A stretch of 64,000 nucleotides of DNA from Chrysomallon squamiferum. Its lineage: Eukaryota > Animalia > Mollusca. Within the stretch, counting starts at the first letter, position 1, and every line of letters starts with the position of its first letter. The notes below the pieces were generated by a model that searched no databases, was not told the DNA's origin, and worked only from the letters and a program-made list of their open reading frames with translations. Location: assembly GCA_012295275.1 (NCBI GenBank), contig CM022672.1:32488001-32552000 (forward strand), written 5' to 3'. The position numbers and the translations under genes are program-made. Shown here piece by piece: positions 29,062 through 56,004 of the stretch.

Positions 29062-29782
29062 AAGAATTTATATGTTTTAGAGGTATTTGTTCACATAAAT
29101 AAATTAACATGTTTTAGACATAAAAAATATTTGATCACATATACAAAAGTATATATTATTGTAAGAAACATACAAAAACAAAATAGAAAAATAGATCATA
29201 ACGAGAACATGCGTATTACATTTTCACTAAACATATTACAAAATTCACATTTAACTGAATCTTTTTATACGATATAATACCAAATGTTTGTTATTAAGAC
29301 AAATCATAAATTCTTGTACTGAAAGTATCTAAGCTCGGTGTTTGTAGTTAGCTTCCCACCATTTGTTACAGAACTCTGTACCAAATTTATGCTTTTTCTT
29401 TTTTTTTTTTTTTATTTTTTTATTTTTTATTAATAGCTAGGAACAAGACACTATAAATATAAAATTGTGGTCTTAAGTTATGTTTTCTTTTCTACAAAAT
29501 GGAACGCATGAAATCCAGTTGTCGTTAGCAAAAAGAGCTTTTAAAAATAAAATTCCTTTCTTTGCCACTGTCTTATAATAAGCTGATTTATTATCAGTTT
29601 TAATGCGAACATTATATTACATCTGTTGACGTAGTATTATTATCTTGTCCCTTCTGCTTTCAGATTTCTCTAGAGAGGTTGACCGTATGTGTAATGCATT
29701 TTTCCAAAAGGAATTTGTGCATTTCAGCAATTTTGCTTAACAGTAGGCTGATCCTAAATATAATGTCAGTGAAGCTCTAGAT

Positions 29783-30412
29783 CAGTGGTTCCCAACCATT
29801 TTAGTACTATGCCCCACTTTTTATGACAAATTTCTTCATCTCCCCCACCCGTTAATTGTTTAGTATGATATAACAATATCAGTTTTGAAGTAGCATAACA
29901 TAAAAAATTGTATCTTTCAAATAAAACTAAAGCGTTTAACTTCAAATTTAATCAAATAAAATCCATTTTAGAATGTGTATAACATATCTACCATCAGATT
30001 AAATAAATTCAATTACAATGAATTAATGAAACCCTTGAGCCTGATGTCTACTGCAAAGAGATTTTATCCGAGGCAGACATTTTTTTAATTTCAATCTCAA
30101 GTCGCCTCGTTTAGTGATATGAAGTCGGTTTCTTTTCTTCAGTAATAAGTATTCACAGCACTAAATCCACATTCCACTAAGTATGACGATGGGAATGGTA
30201 ACAGTAGTTTTCTTGCCAAACTACTTGTATTTGGACATTTAGCTTGTGTTTCTTCACATAGCCACATCATTGTTCCTTTTATTTTGAACAGGGCTTTAAT
30301 CGAGTCATCATTTTGTAATTCTGAAAGTTCTCCTTGATACTCCATGGTTACATCTTTCAGATCCACTAGCAATGGCTGAGTCATCCAAGATGGATAATTA
30401 CTTTCTTTCAAA
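29783..30412 (-). mobile_element. hAT (Buster/Charlie, SCAND3/ZBED-like) transposon 3' fragment
   Basis: TIR cagtggttcccaacc at 29783; decayed dimerization-domain peptide ARKLLLPFPSSYLVECGFSAVN..KRNRLHITKRGDLRL. Confidence 0.85.
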
Positions 30413-31360
30413 TCAGTTACTCAAAAGAGAGGCAATGTCTTGGCTAAAATTTATGTCTTTAATCCACGATGTCTTTAACGCATTAAAAAGTAACTTAACA
30501 ATTATTGCTCTTAAACAACCATTTTGATAATAGTCAAATAATGGGGCAGTGGGTGTTTGTTTTTTTCTAGCTATTTTATCAGGTTTTTTATTTCTAATAA
30601 ACTGAAAAAAATAGGTTTCGAATATTTTAAAGAAATAGTTTGTTGGATTTGGCAATGAAAAAAAACAACAAACAAACAATTTTCGATAAAACTAAACTTT
30701 TGATTCCAGAAATTTTTCTTAGAGGAGACTACGAACATTTTGACCATTGTTCAAGCAGCCTTTTAACCTCTTTCAACTTTGCATTAAAGTTTAATTCTTG
30801 TATTTGATACAGATCCGTGGAAAACCGTACCTAAGTATTGTGAATTCTGTAGTCCATTTTAATTTTTGTTTTGATCAGGGTCTTTTTATGATTAATTTGG
30901 TCTTTCCCTAAGTTTATTATATTTGTTTGATATGCATTAACTTTAAGACCAGATACATCGATCAAATATTTTAATGTTTCCATAGATGCTTACAGAGTTT
31001 TATCACACCAACCTAATAGCAATGTTGTGTCGTCGGCGAAATTTCAAAATTCATTGCCGTTTATCTCAATCCCGTATGTATATGTTTTTTATTTCTTACC
31101 ACGATTCCAAGACTCTCAACATACAAAATGAAAACGCAGTGAAATAACAGATCCCCTTGTCTATATCCTGTGTCACGTTTTAAGCGTTTAGTAATCTTAC
31201 CATTTATGTATAAACACGATTCCTGTTTATTACAAAAGATCGATATCCATGTTTGATTTGAAACTCCGAAGTTAATATAATTGTTGTTGTTGATTTTGTA
31301 TTTTTTTCTGCTTCCACGATATTGAATCAAAAGCTTACTTTTTCAAAATCTACCATTAAT
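30413..31360 (-). mobile_element. Decayed L1/Tx1-clade LINE reverse transcriptase fragment
   Basis: GYRQGDLL..FILYVESL, FADDTTLLL, SGLKVN, YLG and SLPNP..FFQFI..KPDKIARK..ALKTSWIK, with stops and frameshifts. Confidence 0.85.
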
Positions 31361-32352
31361 TAAGAATAAATTCGAAACACTAAGGGGAAATAACTCAAGC
31401 GTTCTCTGTATGCATGTGATACAGGAATTATCTCCCACTGTATCAGTAAACACTTTTGTTGTCTGCTAAATGAAGACTGTGAAACACGAAGTGTTTGTTA
31501 CTGGACATTTACTGTGAATGGTGATCATTAAATAACAGGAGTATTATTATTATTATTGTTATTTTTGATGTTATTATTATGATTATGATTATTATTCATT
31601 TACTAATAGGAATTAGTCTGTATGACCATGGTCTATGTTAATAAACTGTTGAAACAGAATAAACTGTATATAATATACACCGTTATGTTATATTCCTTTT
31701 GTAGTCGATAGTTATGCACGGTTGGTTTAGAAAAAACTAATAACAAACTCAGGTGGAAGGCGGAGATCTGGATACTCAGAGCTCACGAATCAACGTTTCT
31801 ATGTAGCCTCGCAATTGTGTGTGTTGTTGTCTGTGTGTCTGTCTCTCTGTGTGTGTAATTTAGGATTGAGTATTTTTTTTTCATGTACATTTGATTAGAC
31901 TATTAATAATAGTACGGCAGTACCACAGGCAGACAATGTCAAGTCACGTTCTCACAAACCCGTCAGATGCCGCTGACAACGTCTCCGTTCGATCTTGAAA
32001 AGGTTGCCCAGTAACTGAGGGTAATCACCGCTTCCCACAAAGTACGCGTTTTTTTTTTTGGTTTGTTTTTTGGCCTTTCGTAATTTCTGTGTGCCTCTAT
32101 GCTTTCCTGGAAACCTGGCAATTCCAAGTATTTATTTAGGGTTGAATATTCCATTTCTATATGTGTCGTCTGCTTAATAATTAAGCAGAGTTAGAACCAG
32201 AAAGTTTTTGGTGCATATAGAAACATATATACATATGCTCTAATCCCTCGAATGTATGAGTGTCTGTGTGTGTGTATTTAGATATATATGTATGTGTGAA
32301 TATGGTATGTATGTATGTATGAATATGGTATGTATGTATGTATGTATGTATG

Positions 32353-32383
<31 letters not shown>

Positions 32384-33149
32384 GTATGTATGTATGTATG
32401 TATGTAAGTATTTACACGTGTATGTATGTGTGAATATGGTATGTATATATGTATGTATGTATGTCACTGTGCTCCAGGATTTGTTCATTGAAATGTCAGA
32501 AGTATCTCAGATCTAAATAATAACACCTCCCGACAAAATTTACATAATTAATGTTTCTACCACTTTGTTTCAATGTTCAAACTGTTTGCTTTTCATTTTG
32601 CATCTTCACGTATTCTTCAACATGGCCATAGTATAATAGAATAATTCTTGATCCATATACTTTGTGTTGTTCTTTTAAATACAAAACAAAACCGAAATGG
32701 CAGATTCAGAAGCGATGTAGCTGTAATAACAACCGACGTAGTAGTAGTTGTAATACCTAGCTCAAACCGTAGAAGTAGTAGCTTAAACATATTAGCAGCC
32801 GCTGTTGTAGTGGTTGTTGCAAAATAAAAGCAGTCTGCAGTAACCATGACATCGTAAAGGTACAGGCTGAGTGTCTGTGTTGGTTATTTGTATGAAAAAA
32901 ACACTTGTAGTTGTTTTCGTTGGCGCTATTTTTAAATAAATCCATTTCGCTCCGGTCTAGACTTTTTTATTTTCTCCTTCATTTGATTTCCTGTTCTTCT
33001 TTTAACTAAAGAATGTTCCACATCATCTGATATTTTTAATACACTTAAACAAGTATGATTTTGTTTTTTAGTTGGTTTTCTTTTTTGGTTTTCTTCTTTT
33101 TTGTTTATTTAGAGAAAATGAAAGCTAGCTTAACGACTGTTAATGGGTG

Positions 33150-35520
<2,371 letters not shown>

Positions 35521-36168
35521 GTTAATCATTGTCAGTGAGGTCATTAATTTCAATTTTATAAAAAATGGATCTAAGCTCTTCACGATTTCAGGTGTTCATT
35601 TACAACATCAGTTGTTATATTACAGCTTCATCTATTACACATTGTAGGCAGAACAAAATATTACAAAAAATAAACACTAATACTTCGTAAATGCATTTTT
35701 ATATCCATGTAATTTGTCGGCTTACATTTTAAACACAAATTAAATACAAGAAAAAACGAAGTAATATTTATGATTTAAAAAAGTATTTGTATTTTATTTA
35801 TATCCATCTGATACATAAATAAATCAACAAACAACTGCTAATTTTATGTTAAGTAAATTCTTGAATATTATGTAAAAGGAGATAACTCTTGAAGCACTAT
35901 AGTGGGTTTAGTCCAAATTTACCCTGCACACCCTGTGTCCCTCTCTCACTGGTTTAAAGCTTATTTAAAATGTATTTAAATGTTTATCACTAAAGCGATG
36001 AGTCTGTCGTTCTGTGTATCTGTAGGCTGACATACGCAGGTTTATCTTGTGTTTGTCGTGCGTCTAATCCTGACATTTGTTGTGTACAATGAAAGAAAAT
36101 AAGTCTGAAATAATTTATTCTTAATTTCTAGTAAAATTTATTTAACATTTAAAAAAAAAATCCGTTAG

Positions 36169-36211
<43 letters not shown>

Positions 36212-36476
36212 TAAATACAATTTTCATTTGTTAAAAAAAGCACACAACCAAACAAAAGAGAACAAAAACCAATCAAATCAATACATATTATTGAGATATT
36301 TGATATTTGTTGTTCAAAATGATTTAACAATAACAGAATTAACATTTATATCTGAAGACTTTTTAATGTTGAGTTAAAAATTCTTATGATACAAATATTG
36401 CAAACATCTCACATTAACTTAAAACATGTAGTTTTTCATTAAACAAAGAGAAGAAATTAAAATATATATATATATA

Positions 36477-46262
<9,786 letters not shown>

Positions 46263-46369
46263 GGCGTAAACCAAACACACACAAACAAACAAAAAACTTT
46301 GTTCAGCTTTTAATAGAGTTCACCATTGCGACAGTTGTAAAAAGTCCTTGGTTCATGCACTTTGACTAA

Positions 46370-46440
46370 CAGCCTCGCCGTCACTACGCAATACTTTGCG
46401 ATTCTGTAGCCGTGACGTCATGCTGTTTCTCTAAACGATT
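46370..46440 (-). promoter_or_regulatory. Putative proximal promoter of the EGFR-like gene
   Basis: CpG-enriched patch with palindromic CRE TGACGTCA at 46413-46420, about 150 bp upstream of the ATG. Confidence 0.4.
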
Positions 46441-46716
46441 TATTATTGACACATTTTAAAAAGTTTCAAAATTATTTATTAACATTTTCATCTATTTTGG
46501 TTTTTGTTAGATTAATAGACAAGGGGCAATAAAAAAAAAAAAAAAATAAATAAATAAACGCTAGAATAATAATAGTAGTAGCAATAAATAAATAAATAAA
46601 TAACGTTTCTGATCATAATTATCGATACATGGAAAACATTGTAATTTGAATCGTAAGTGCAAAGTGCGTTATTAGATTATTGTTAATTACAATATTAAAT
46701 TATTATTAAAGTTATT

Positions 46717-46819
<103 letters not shown>

Positions 46820-47114
46820 AACGACAGCCTGGCAGGTGACCACTTTGATGTTTTAGTGTATTTGTCAACATAGCATCCATTATTTTTAATCCCCTCTTCT
46901 TGCCAAACACTTGCTGGCTGTCCTCACCAGTCTTACTGAACCACTCTTTTCCATTTTTTTATTATTATTATTATTATTTTTTTTTTTTTTAGCCTCAGCG
47001 TCCATCATCAGCATCAAAAGTTTTAATGACAGTGTCAGACACTTGTGCAAAATTCACACGAATTTATTACAGAACCATGATGGCCACCGACTGCAGAACA
47101 TAACAGTTTTTTCA

Positions 47115-47184
<70 letters not shown>

Positions 47185-47448
47185 CACACACACACAATGG
47201 AAAAACCCAGAACAAAAACAAAACAAAAAACGCACAGAATTTGTTATTTTCTAGTTAAAAACTCTTAACCTTCCTGTCTGTGTTTCCGTGAGGCTGTGCT
47301 CGCTTGTGTTTGTGTTTACGTACGTGCTTTTGTTGTGCGTGCCGGACTGTTTCGTCAAACAGAGTGAACGAATGAATAAATAAACACAGAGAAATGCTTA
47401 TTACGAGTCTGTTTTTTTTTTATCTTTATATTACGTGTCTGTTGATTA

Positions 47449-47548
<100 letters not shown>

Positions 47549-47697
47549 GTCTCTGTCTCTCTCTCTCTCTCTCTGATGATCGTTATTATTATTTATTTTA
47601 TTTTTCATGGATTTACTTCAGTATTTATTTATAAATTGACTTGTTACAGTTTGTTTCGGTTTCTTCTTTCGTTTAACAGCAATGGATGTGTGTGTGT

Positions 47698-47752
<55 letters not shown>

Positions 47753-48053
47753 GATGATGCTGGTGTCTCCGTGGCTGGCATTTCTTTCATCAGCTTTTCT
47801 TTTTACACTGTTGCAGTTCTCATTATTATTGTTTATTTTTACTGTAACTGTTGACGTCGTTACTGTTGATGTTCTTGTTTTCGTTGTTGACTTTTCCTGA
47901 TTTTGCAATAATTATTATTAGAACTGTCATCATCATGATCACCTTCCTGATTTTTGCTGTTGTCAACGTCATTCTTGTTGGTGTTATTGTCCTTATTACT
48001 ATGATGGAAAGTTTTTTCTTTGTTGTTTGTATTTTTTTTTCTGGTATTTTTGA

Positions 48054-48086
<33 letters not shown>

Positions 48087-49070
48087 GTTATATAGTGATT
48101 TACATTTTTATTATTTCGTCGTCGTCATCTTTATTTGTTAATGTCATTCACAGAATCAATATAAAATCATTATACTTATTATTAACGCACAAAGGTCTTC
48201 TCCTAATTAATATTATCATCGCTGCCAAAGTTAACTATTCTGGGTGATATTTATTAGCGACAGAAGAGTGTCGCTATTTCACTGTTGTTGTTGTTCGTTA
48301 TTTAATTATATTCCTTCCTGTTTGTTTCTAGCTCTTTTCTTCTTTTTTATGTTGTAAACTGATGAACTTTGGCTTCTTATATTTTTAAAAATATTTTCGT
48401 AGTTATTTTATTATTAATTTTTTTTTATCGATGTTCCTTTTATTCATGTTGTCGTCACTTCTAACATTCATATTCTGCACGCTTTTGTTTGTTTTTTCCT
48501 GTTATTGTTATTGTTATTAGTATTATTTCTCTTGCTGACGCTGTCGTTGGCATCGTCCTGTTGTCGTTGCTATTAACAGCATCGTTGTAATTCTCAATAA
48601 TATTTTTTTCTCCTTTCATGTTGTCGCTGTTGTTGTCGTTACTGTCAATCCAGTTATTGTGATGGTTTCTCGTTTTCCGGTTGTAATTACTACATTACTA
48701 CTACAATTACTACCACTACTACTACTGCTATTATTAGTAGTAATATTGTTGTTGTATTCAGTTATTGTGAATGTTGTTTTTTAAACAATTCAGTTGAGTA
48801 TCTGAATCTTGAACCAGCAATAAATTTTTAAACAATTGTTTAAATAAATAACTAACTATATATATATATAAATAAATAAAAAACTGACTGTAAATATATA
48901 TATTACAATCAGTCTTTTTATTTATATGGATGATAACAAGACAGTTAATTTTAATGGAAAAAAATCATGTGTGTGTAATACTCCCATTTACATCACATTT
49001 CTAAAGTTATGTAACATTGCAGCATATCAACTTCCAATGTAACAAAGTTTACGTGTTTTCACGCCGCGCC

Positions 49071-50029
49071 AGAGACTCGCAATCTTACAACCGTGTTTCA
49101 GACGTCACAGAGACTCGCAATCTTACAACCGTGTTTCAGACGTGACAGAGACTCGCAATCTTACAACCGTGTTTCAGACGTGACAGAGACTCGCAATCTT
49201 ACAACCGTGTTTCAGACGTGACAGAGACTCGCAATCTTACAACCGTGTTTCAGACGTGTCAGAGACTCGCAATCTTACAACCGTGTTTCAGACGTGACAG
49301 AGACTCGCAATCTTACAACCGTGTTTCAGACGTGACAGAGACTCGCAATCTTACAACCGTGTTTGAAACGTGACAAAGACTCGCAATCTTACAACCGTGT
49401 TTCAGACGTGACAGAGACTCGCAATCTTACAACCGTGTTTCAGACGTGTTACAACCGTGAGACTCGCAATCTTACAACCGTGTTTCAGACGTGACAGAGT
49501 TTACAACCGTGTTTCAGACGTGACAGAGACTCGCAATCTTACAACCGTGTTTCAGACGTGACAGAGACTCGCAATCTTACAACCGTGTTTCAGACGTGAC
49601 AGAGACTCGCAATCTTACAACCGTGTTTCAGACGTGACGAAACAACCGTGTTTCAGACGTGACAAAGACTCGCAATTATTTACAACCGTGTTTCAGACGT
49701 GACAAAGACTCGCAATCTTACAACCGTGTTTCAGAAAACTCGCAATCTTACAACCGTGTTTCAGATTTGACAGAGATTTCGCAATTTACAACCGTGTTAT
49801 TTTTGACAGAGACTCGCAATCTTACAACCGTGTTTCATTTGACAAAGACTCGCAATTGTGTTTGAAACGTGACAAAGACTCGCAATCTTACAACCGTGTT
49901 TCAGACGTGACAGAGACTCGCAATCTTACAACCGTGTCTTCAGACGTGACAGAGACTCGCATCTTTACAACCGTGTTTCAGACGTGACAGAGACTTGTAG
50001 TCTTACCACCGTGTTTCAGACGTGACAGA
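49071..50029. repeat. 38-bp minisatellite, about 25 copies
   Basis: Unit agagactcgcaatcttacaaccgtgtttcagacgtgac, head-to-tail without spacers; the first ~10 copies are near-identical, later ones carry indels. Confidence 0.95.
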
Positions 50030-50398
50030 GGATTGCGGCCTGTTGCACTGGAACTGAGATGCAAGCCGATCTAGAAAATACCGGAGTATATTTTATTTGA
50101 AGATGTTTTTTGGTTTCAAAAGCAAAAAGAAAATTTCATAAGTAAAGGAAATGTATTTTTCGATCATTCCATTAAAATAATATTAACACAAATTTTAAAA
50201 ATGTAAATATCTCTATGGCAACAAGTTTGTTATGAAACAAGGAAACAAAGATGAACACAAATAATTTTTTTTTTGAGGAACTCAAACTCGGGTTCTTCAT
50301 GTTGTATTTTTTTAATTTATTTTATTTTCGTTATTTTATTATTATATTATTTTTATTTATCTTATTTTTTTTTTTTTTTTTCATTTTTTTTTTTTTTG

Positions 50399-50434
<36 letters not shown>

Positions 50435-50699
50435 ATAAAAAAAAAGAAAAAAAAAAGTAAATACATCTTGATAGAAATTTCATTTAAGATTTCTGTAATA
50501 AATGTTTAATTCTCTGCAGAAAAGAGCTATTACAAGTTGTTTATTTAATACATTTCAATAAATCACTAATTTCAAAATACATTTAAACATTTATTTTAAA
50601 ATTTATAAAATAAGATTTTCTCTTAACACAACACAGAAAGGAAGACTTAATATTATGTAATTATTGTGATAAATAATTAACAAAATAATAATAAAATAA

Positions 50700-50761
<62 letters not shown>

Positions 50762-51034
50762 TCTTTATCGTTCGTCTTTGTCATTATTATTATTATTAAT
50801 TTACAATATTTGGCAGACACTCCGGGAAGCAAATAATTCTGTTTCGTAATTCATTCAATAGCTGAACATATATTAAAAATAAACTTTAAAGAAAATGCGA
50901 CTTACTATTATCAGAAACCCTTTGGCAACCAATAAAATAATATTACATGAAATGCAAAAATCTGCATCTTTTATTGACTAAATTTTTGCCTCTGTAGTTT
51001 TTAACGATTTGCCAAACATTCTTTTTGAGAGAAA

Positions 51035-51112
<78 letters not shown>

Positions 51113-52598
51113 TAGAAAAGTGGTAAAGTGTGACTAATATTAAACACGGAGACAAAAGTGAGACTGTACTGAGTTGATGTAGATGGAGTCTTCACACGTC
51201 GCTGCACTGTGAAAACAAACATTATTGTGTAGTCTACGAGGAAACAGTCATTGAGACCTATAAAATGTCTTGTCAGCGGTAAATAAATGATATTAACCTC
51301 AAGGGTATGTAAAACTTAGTAAAATTCTCTTCAACTGCTAACTGCCTTCGTTAATTTTATTTCAGTCTTTAAATTAGTAAAAAAAAAAAAATCATATAAA
51401 TAAATAAATAAATACATAAATAAATAATGCCACCAGATAATAAACAATGCTATCCTTTCGAAATAGGCGTTCGACAGGCGGGCAAATACTTATTCAGATA
51501 AAGAAGATATTAAAAAACGTGTTAAAGTGAAAACAAAACTCTGATATGTGTATTACTTGAGCTTTATTTCATCTTAATATGTTTGTAAACACAGAAATTT
51601 TAACTGAATTACTGGCGACATTTACAGTCTTGAGGAAACTCGTAGTAGTTGAACCTGAACAACATCAAATAAATAGCAAACTAATTAAATAATGCCGCCA
51701 GATAATAAAATAGGCGTTCGATTAACTCAGATTGCAAATACTAATCCAGCTTAAGAAGAAATTAAAATATTTAGTTTCTGAATAATGACTATAAAAAAAA
51801 AAAAAAAAAATTGTCACGGTCTATTTTAAAATAATAGAAACTGATATCCTATTTGGAAAGAAAAATGGAGATCTGTTAGGAAAGGGAAATACAGAATGAA
51901 AGCATTGTAGAAAATTAAGCTCGTTGAAATACGTAATTCGATTTTCTATGTATTTCGTTCGTTATTCATCTCTTTATTCATTCATTTATTCGTTCATTGG
52001 TTAATTCATTTATTCATTCATGTACTCATTAATTAATGCATCCATTCCTAGAGTTATAATGCCATGTACTTCATTTAGTACAAAAGAAGCAAGGGTTATA
52101 CTAACATAGTTCATTAACGATTACAAAACATTTAAAATGCAGTTTCATGTTATTTGCATAATCAAAGTAGACGTTGGTAGCTGAAAGAAATTACATAACA
52201 CATTAACACAAGAACAATCACTTTAAACTGAGAGTCATCTACAAATATTTTCAACATATGTCAGTTAATGGTCAAGTAAAGTGAATTTGAAGAAAGACAC
52301 CTAAATATATTTTAATATTAATTAGATGTAAATATTTTTGTAAGATTGTTTTATAATGATAATAGTATAAAGGATGCTCGCAGCTAATTTAGCATAATTA
52401 TCAGAAAGTCAAATTCTCTTGGTTCGCGCCTTTCTTTGTTTTATCATTACCAGTTTAATTTAGTGAAGCGTGAAAGAGAAACTACAATGTCACAAAAATA
52501 CGTCCATAGACATTATTTAGAAAAAATATATTAAAACAACTGCCTCAAAAACTTGTAGCGACAACCTTGTAATAATAATTGCTGAGAATAAACTTAAC

Positions 52599-52640
<42 letters not shown>

Positions 52641-54669
52641 GAAACGAAACAAAAAAAAGACGTCATCTCTTAAATAGTGTATTCACTCTTGTATAAGAGT
52701 ACGTGCGTGTAAATGTGTGTATTGACTCTAGTATAAAAGTACGTGCGTGTAAATGTGTGTATTCACTCCAGTAAAGAGAAGGGATTCTCCTTTGAATGGG
52801 TCAATTAGAGAACGGCTTCTTAAAAGGGTTTTTAAAGAAAATGATAAATGAGACATTAAAATAACCCATTGGATAGGTCAAGGACTCAATGACAATTAAA
52901 ACTCAACTGGGTAAGTTAATTAGGAAATTGACTTATGTTAGAGAGATGTAGAGATACAGATTGGCATAGTGTTTATGGTGAAACATGGATTATCAATTGG
53001 GGAATGATAATTAATGGGTGAAAGGTGAATATTTATGATGGAATATTTAAGAAGCATTAAAAATATTAGTTTGGTATAAAAATAATTTATAATACCTTTA
53101 ACATATTTAAAATAGGAAATTTAGTAAAAATGTTGTGTTTCTTTCTTTCCTGTTTATTTAATTATTTTTTTTTGTTTTCCTTTTTCTTTCTTTCCTACAA
53201 CAGTTTAACAAAATGGTTTACTTGACGACGTTCTTAGTTGTTCGGGAAGTGACGTTATCGAGTGCAGGAAATGACGTTGTAGATCGCAAAAAGTTTTAAC
53301 TGAACAATTTATACTTGACAGGTAATTTGTATCAAGTTAAACTTAATTTCAAACCAAACACTGATTTTAACCCTAACGTAAACGTAATCGTAATACTAAA
53401 TTTATTTATAACAATGAAACAATTTTATTAACCGTCGAACGTTAGTTTTATATCAGTTACCACATCCTGACCGTGTTCTAAACAAAATGATACTAATAAA
53501 TTAAATATTCTTAATAATAAACAAAGCCATAAATATATAAATAAATAAATAAATAAAAACAAAAATAAACATATCTTCAACTTTTTTATTATTATTATTT
53601 TTTTTAAATCCAATCTTAACCCTAACCTAATCAGTAAAAATATCTAAACTTTTAGACTACAAGTCTGAACATAAAGCACTTTAACCTAGTAACTAACCCT
53701 GGCGGTAATTTACACTTTACTTGTTTAATAAATTGTTTATTGAGATCAAAAATTATTTTAAATCTAATAATAATAATAATGAAAATATGTCTTAAATAAA
53801 CGACTGAATGAATTAAAAATAACTAACTAGATTACCTAACACTGATTTCAACTATATTAATAACTTTAAATCTAAAAATTATCACTAAATATAATATTAA
53901 AACTTAAATCTCTTTCCTAACCCTAAATATACCCTAAATGAATCCTCACCTTTATCTTGTATTGCTGAAATTTTATTCAGAGATTTGTTCTGAAAGAAAA
54001 TAATGTCTAAGATTTTAATTAAAATTGTTCCCCTTCACTTAACCTCAGGAAGTTGTCTATGACAGTAGCTTAAAATTTAAAACAAGAAACAAAACTCAGT
54101 ATAATTCAACTGTTTATTTGTACAGAGAAAACAAAGATTAAATAAACATTTTTTATCTCCACCTATTTCAAACCTTTGTCAAAGGAAAAGCTAGTAAAAC
54201 TGACTAGTAAAAGTGTGAAAAATACAAACAACTATAATATATATTTTTTTAGTGGATAACAGTTTCATTGATTCAGTGTTATAACATTCAGTGGCCTAGT
54301 CACCATATATGTATTTGTATATGAATACACAATTCAAAAATAATACAAATATTTTTTTTTTATTTACAAAATAATAAAATAAATTTAATAATTATCTCCC
54401 TTGAATCAAATACTTTTTAATCTAAAATGTGCAGCTTTTTTTACACAATCATCAAGATTCTAACATCAATCAATTTTCAAAAAAGTAATGTCTGTTTGTC
54501 ACATACTTGACTACTTGGTCCTGTGTCTGATCCAAACATTCTGAATACTGATCTACATCTGATTACATGTTGTGTGAACAACATTGTGACTTTGAGTCTA
54601 TATTCACAGTATTTCAATTCTTCAATAAGTGTAGTCTATGCTTCACACAAGTAACAGTTCCTGAAATGT

Positions 54670-56004
54670 TATTTTGGTGTTGAACTTTCTAACACATTTC
54701 AATATTCTCCAAGCATTCAGTTCTTTATATTTGTTTTTGGAGATGTTCATCTTCTGTTTGCTTAGTTCAGGATCATCAGACAACTTTAAAAACTTGGAGG
54801 CAAACTTGACAAGTCATTTAGAATCAATGTCATTTCTCACATGTATTCTTTCTTTCTCAAAACAAGCTCATGATAAAGAACCCTGAAGAAAAAAAAAAAA
54901 AAAAAAAATTATTAAAATAAAAATAATATTCAGAGTTATATAAATTATATTGAAATGTCCTTGATTATAAATATTTACCTGGAAATGTAGATTATACAAT
55001 TTGACATATAAAATGAAGACTAGATGTAATTAAAATGAGATGTGTTGTGACTTAATAGTAGAGAGCTGAGCTGAGAAGTAACAGATTGTAGTATCAATCT
55101 TGAAAACTGAAAACACAAACACCTGTCTTAATTAACAATTAAAATGTAGATGGTTTTTCTCTCACAGTTTCATTATCAAAAATAACAATAATGTCTGTCA
55201 TCTGAAGCAGACTTTTTCAAATTATTAATCAGAAAATGATTTTAGTGAACTTCATGGTAACTGAAAGGTCTGAGAGACAAGTTCACACTTATTTACCAAT
55301 CAAGCAGCCTGTTAAACTAGCATGATGGGTGATGTGAAACATCTGACAGTCAACTGTTGTTCTGTAACTCTCCTCTGATTTCTCTGCTCTGTTATGTGAG
55401 AATTTGCTGTGTTTAGATTTCTGTACTCTGTGTACAACAATCAGCTTGTGTCTGAAAAATAAAATATTAAAAACAAGACAAATGTTAGAATTACAAATGT
55501 AATGTACACACAGTTTACTTACCAATCACTGAGTCTGTTAACTAGCACTGGATGTGTGATGTAAAACATCTGATAGTAACAGTATTACAAATCTATTTTT
55601 ATCATTTCAATTCAGAGTAATATTTTCAACAGTAAACAAGTACAGTTAATTTAAATGAAATAAAATTAAGTCAAAGTGCATTTCAGTATCTCATCTACAC
55701 CTATCATTATTTACAAATAAACAAAATTAAATTATATATAATAATATTAATATCAAAACATTGAGTAATTTATTATTTTAAAGTTTATAAAATCTGGCAG
55801 TAAACTGAATTACCTGTCCATTGTACCCAGCATCTGTTTACAAACATGTTGAGTACATCTGAGTGTCTGAGTCTGTACAAATTTCCCTCAAAATCTAGAA
55901 CTGGCAAACTGATTGTTCTTCCATGAATTGTACACTGCAGACATGGTCAAGTGGTCAATCTTCCCTGACTGGACCTTTTTCTGATCAGCAAGGGCTTGTT
56001 TATC
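54670..56004 (-). pseudogene. DHX8: Unprocessed pseudogene fragment of DEAH-box helicase DHX8/Prp22 (last three exons)
   Basis: Exons 56004-55814 ([36 protein letters not shown]), 55451-55297 (HKLIVV..RVQK..YRTTVDCQMFHI) and 54882-~54670 (WVLYHELVLRKKEYM*E..IDSK*LVKFASKFLKLSD..LSKQK..NKYKELNAWRI) match the Prp22 C-terminus as I recall it. They carry stops and frameshifts but keep GT-AG introns. Confidence 0.85.

Noticed and set aside
49071-50029. CRISPR array
   Set aside because: Units are head-to-tail with no unique spacers, there are no cas genes, and the context is eukaryotic.
50340-50460. Poly-T/poly-A hairpin or terminator
   Set aside because: Low-complexity homopolymers, probably with consensus error; no specific structure is supportable.
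53360-53945. Interstitial telomere
   Set aside because: Only scattered, degenerate ccctaa motifs, not a tandem array.
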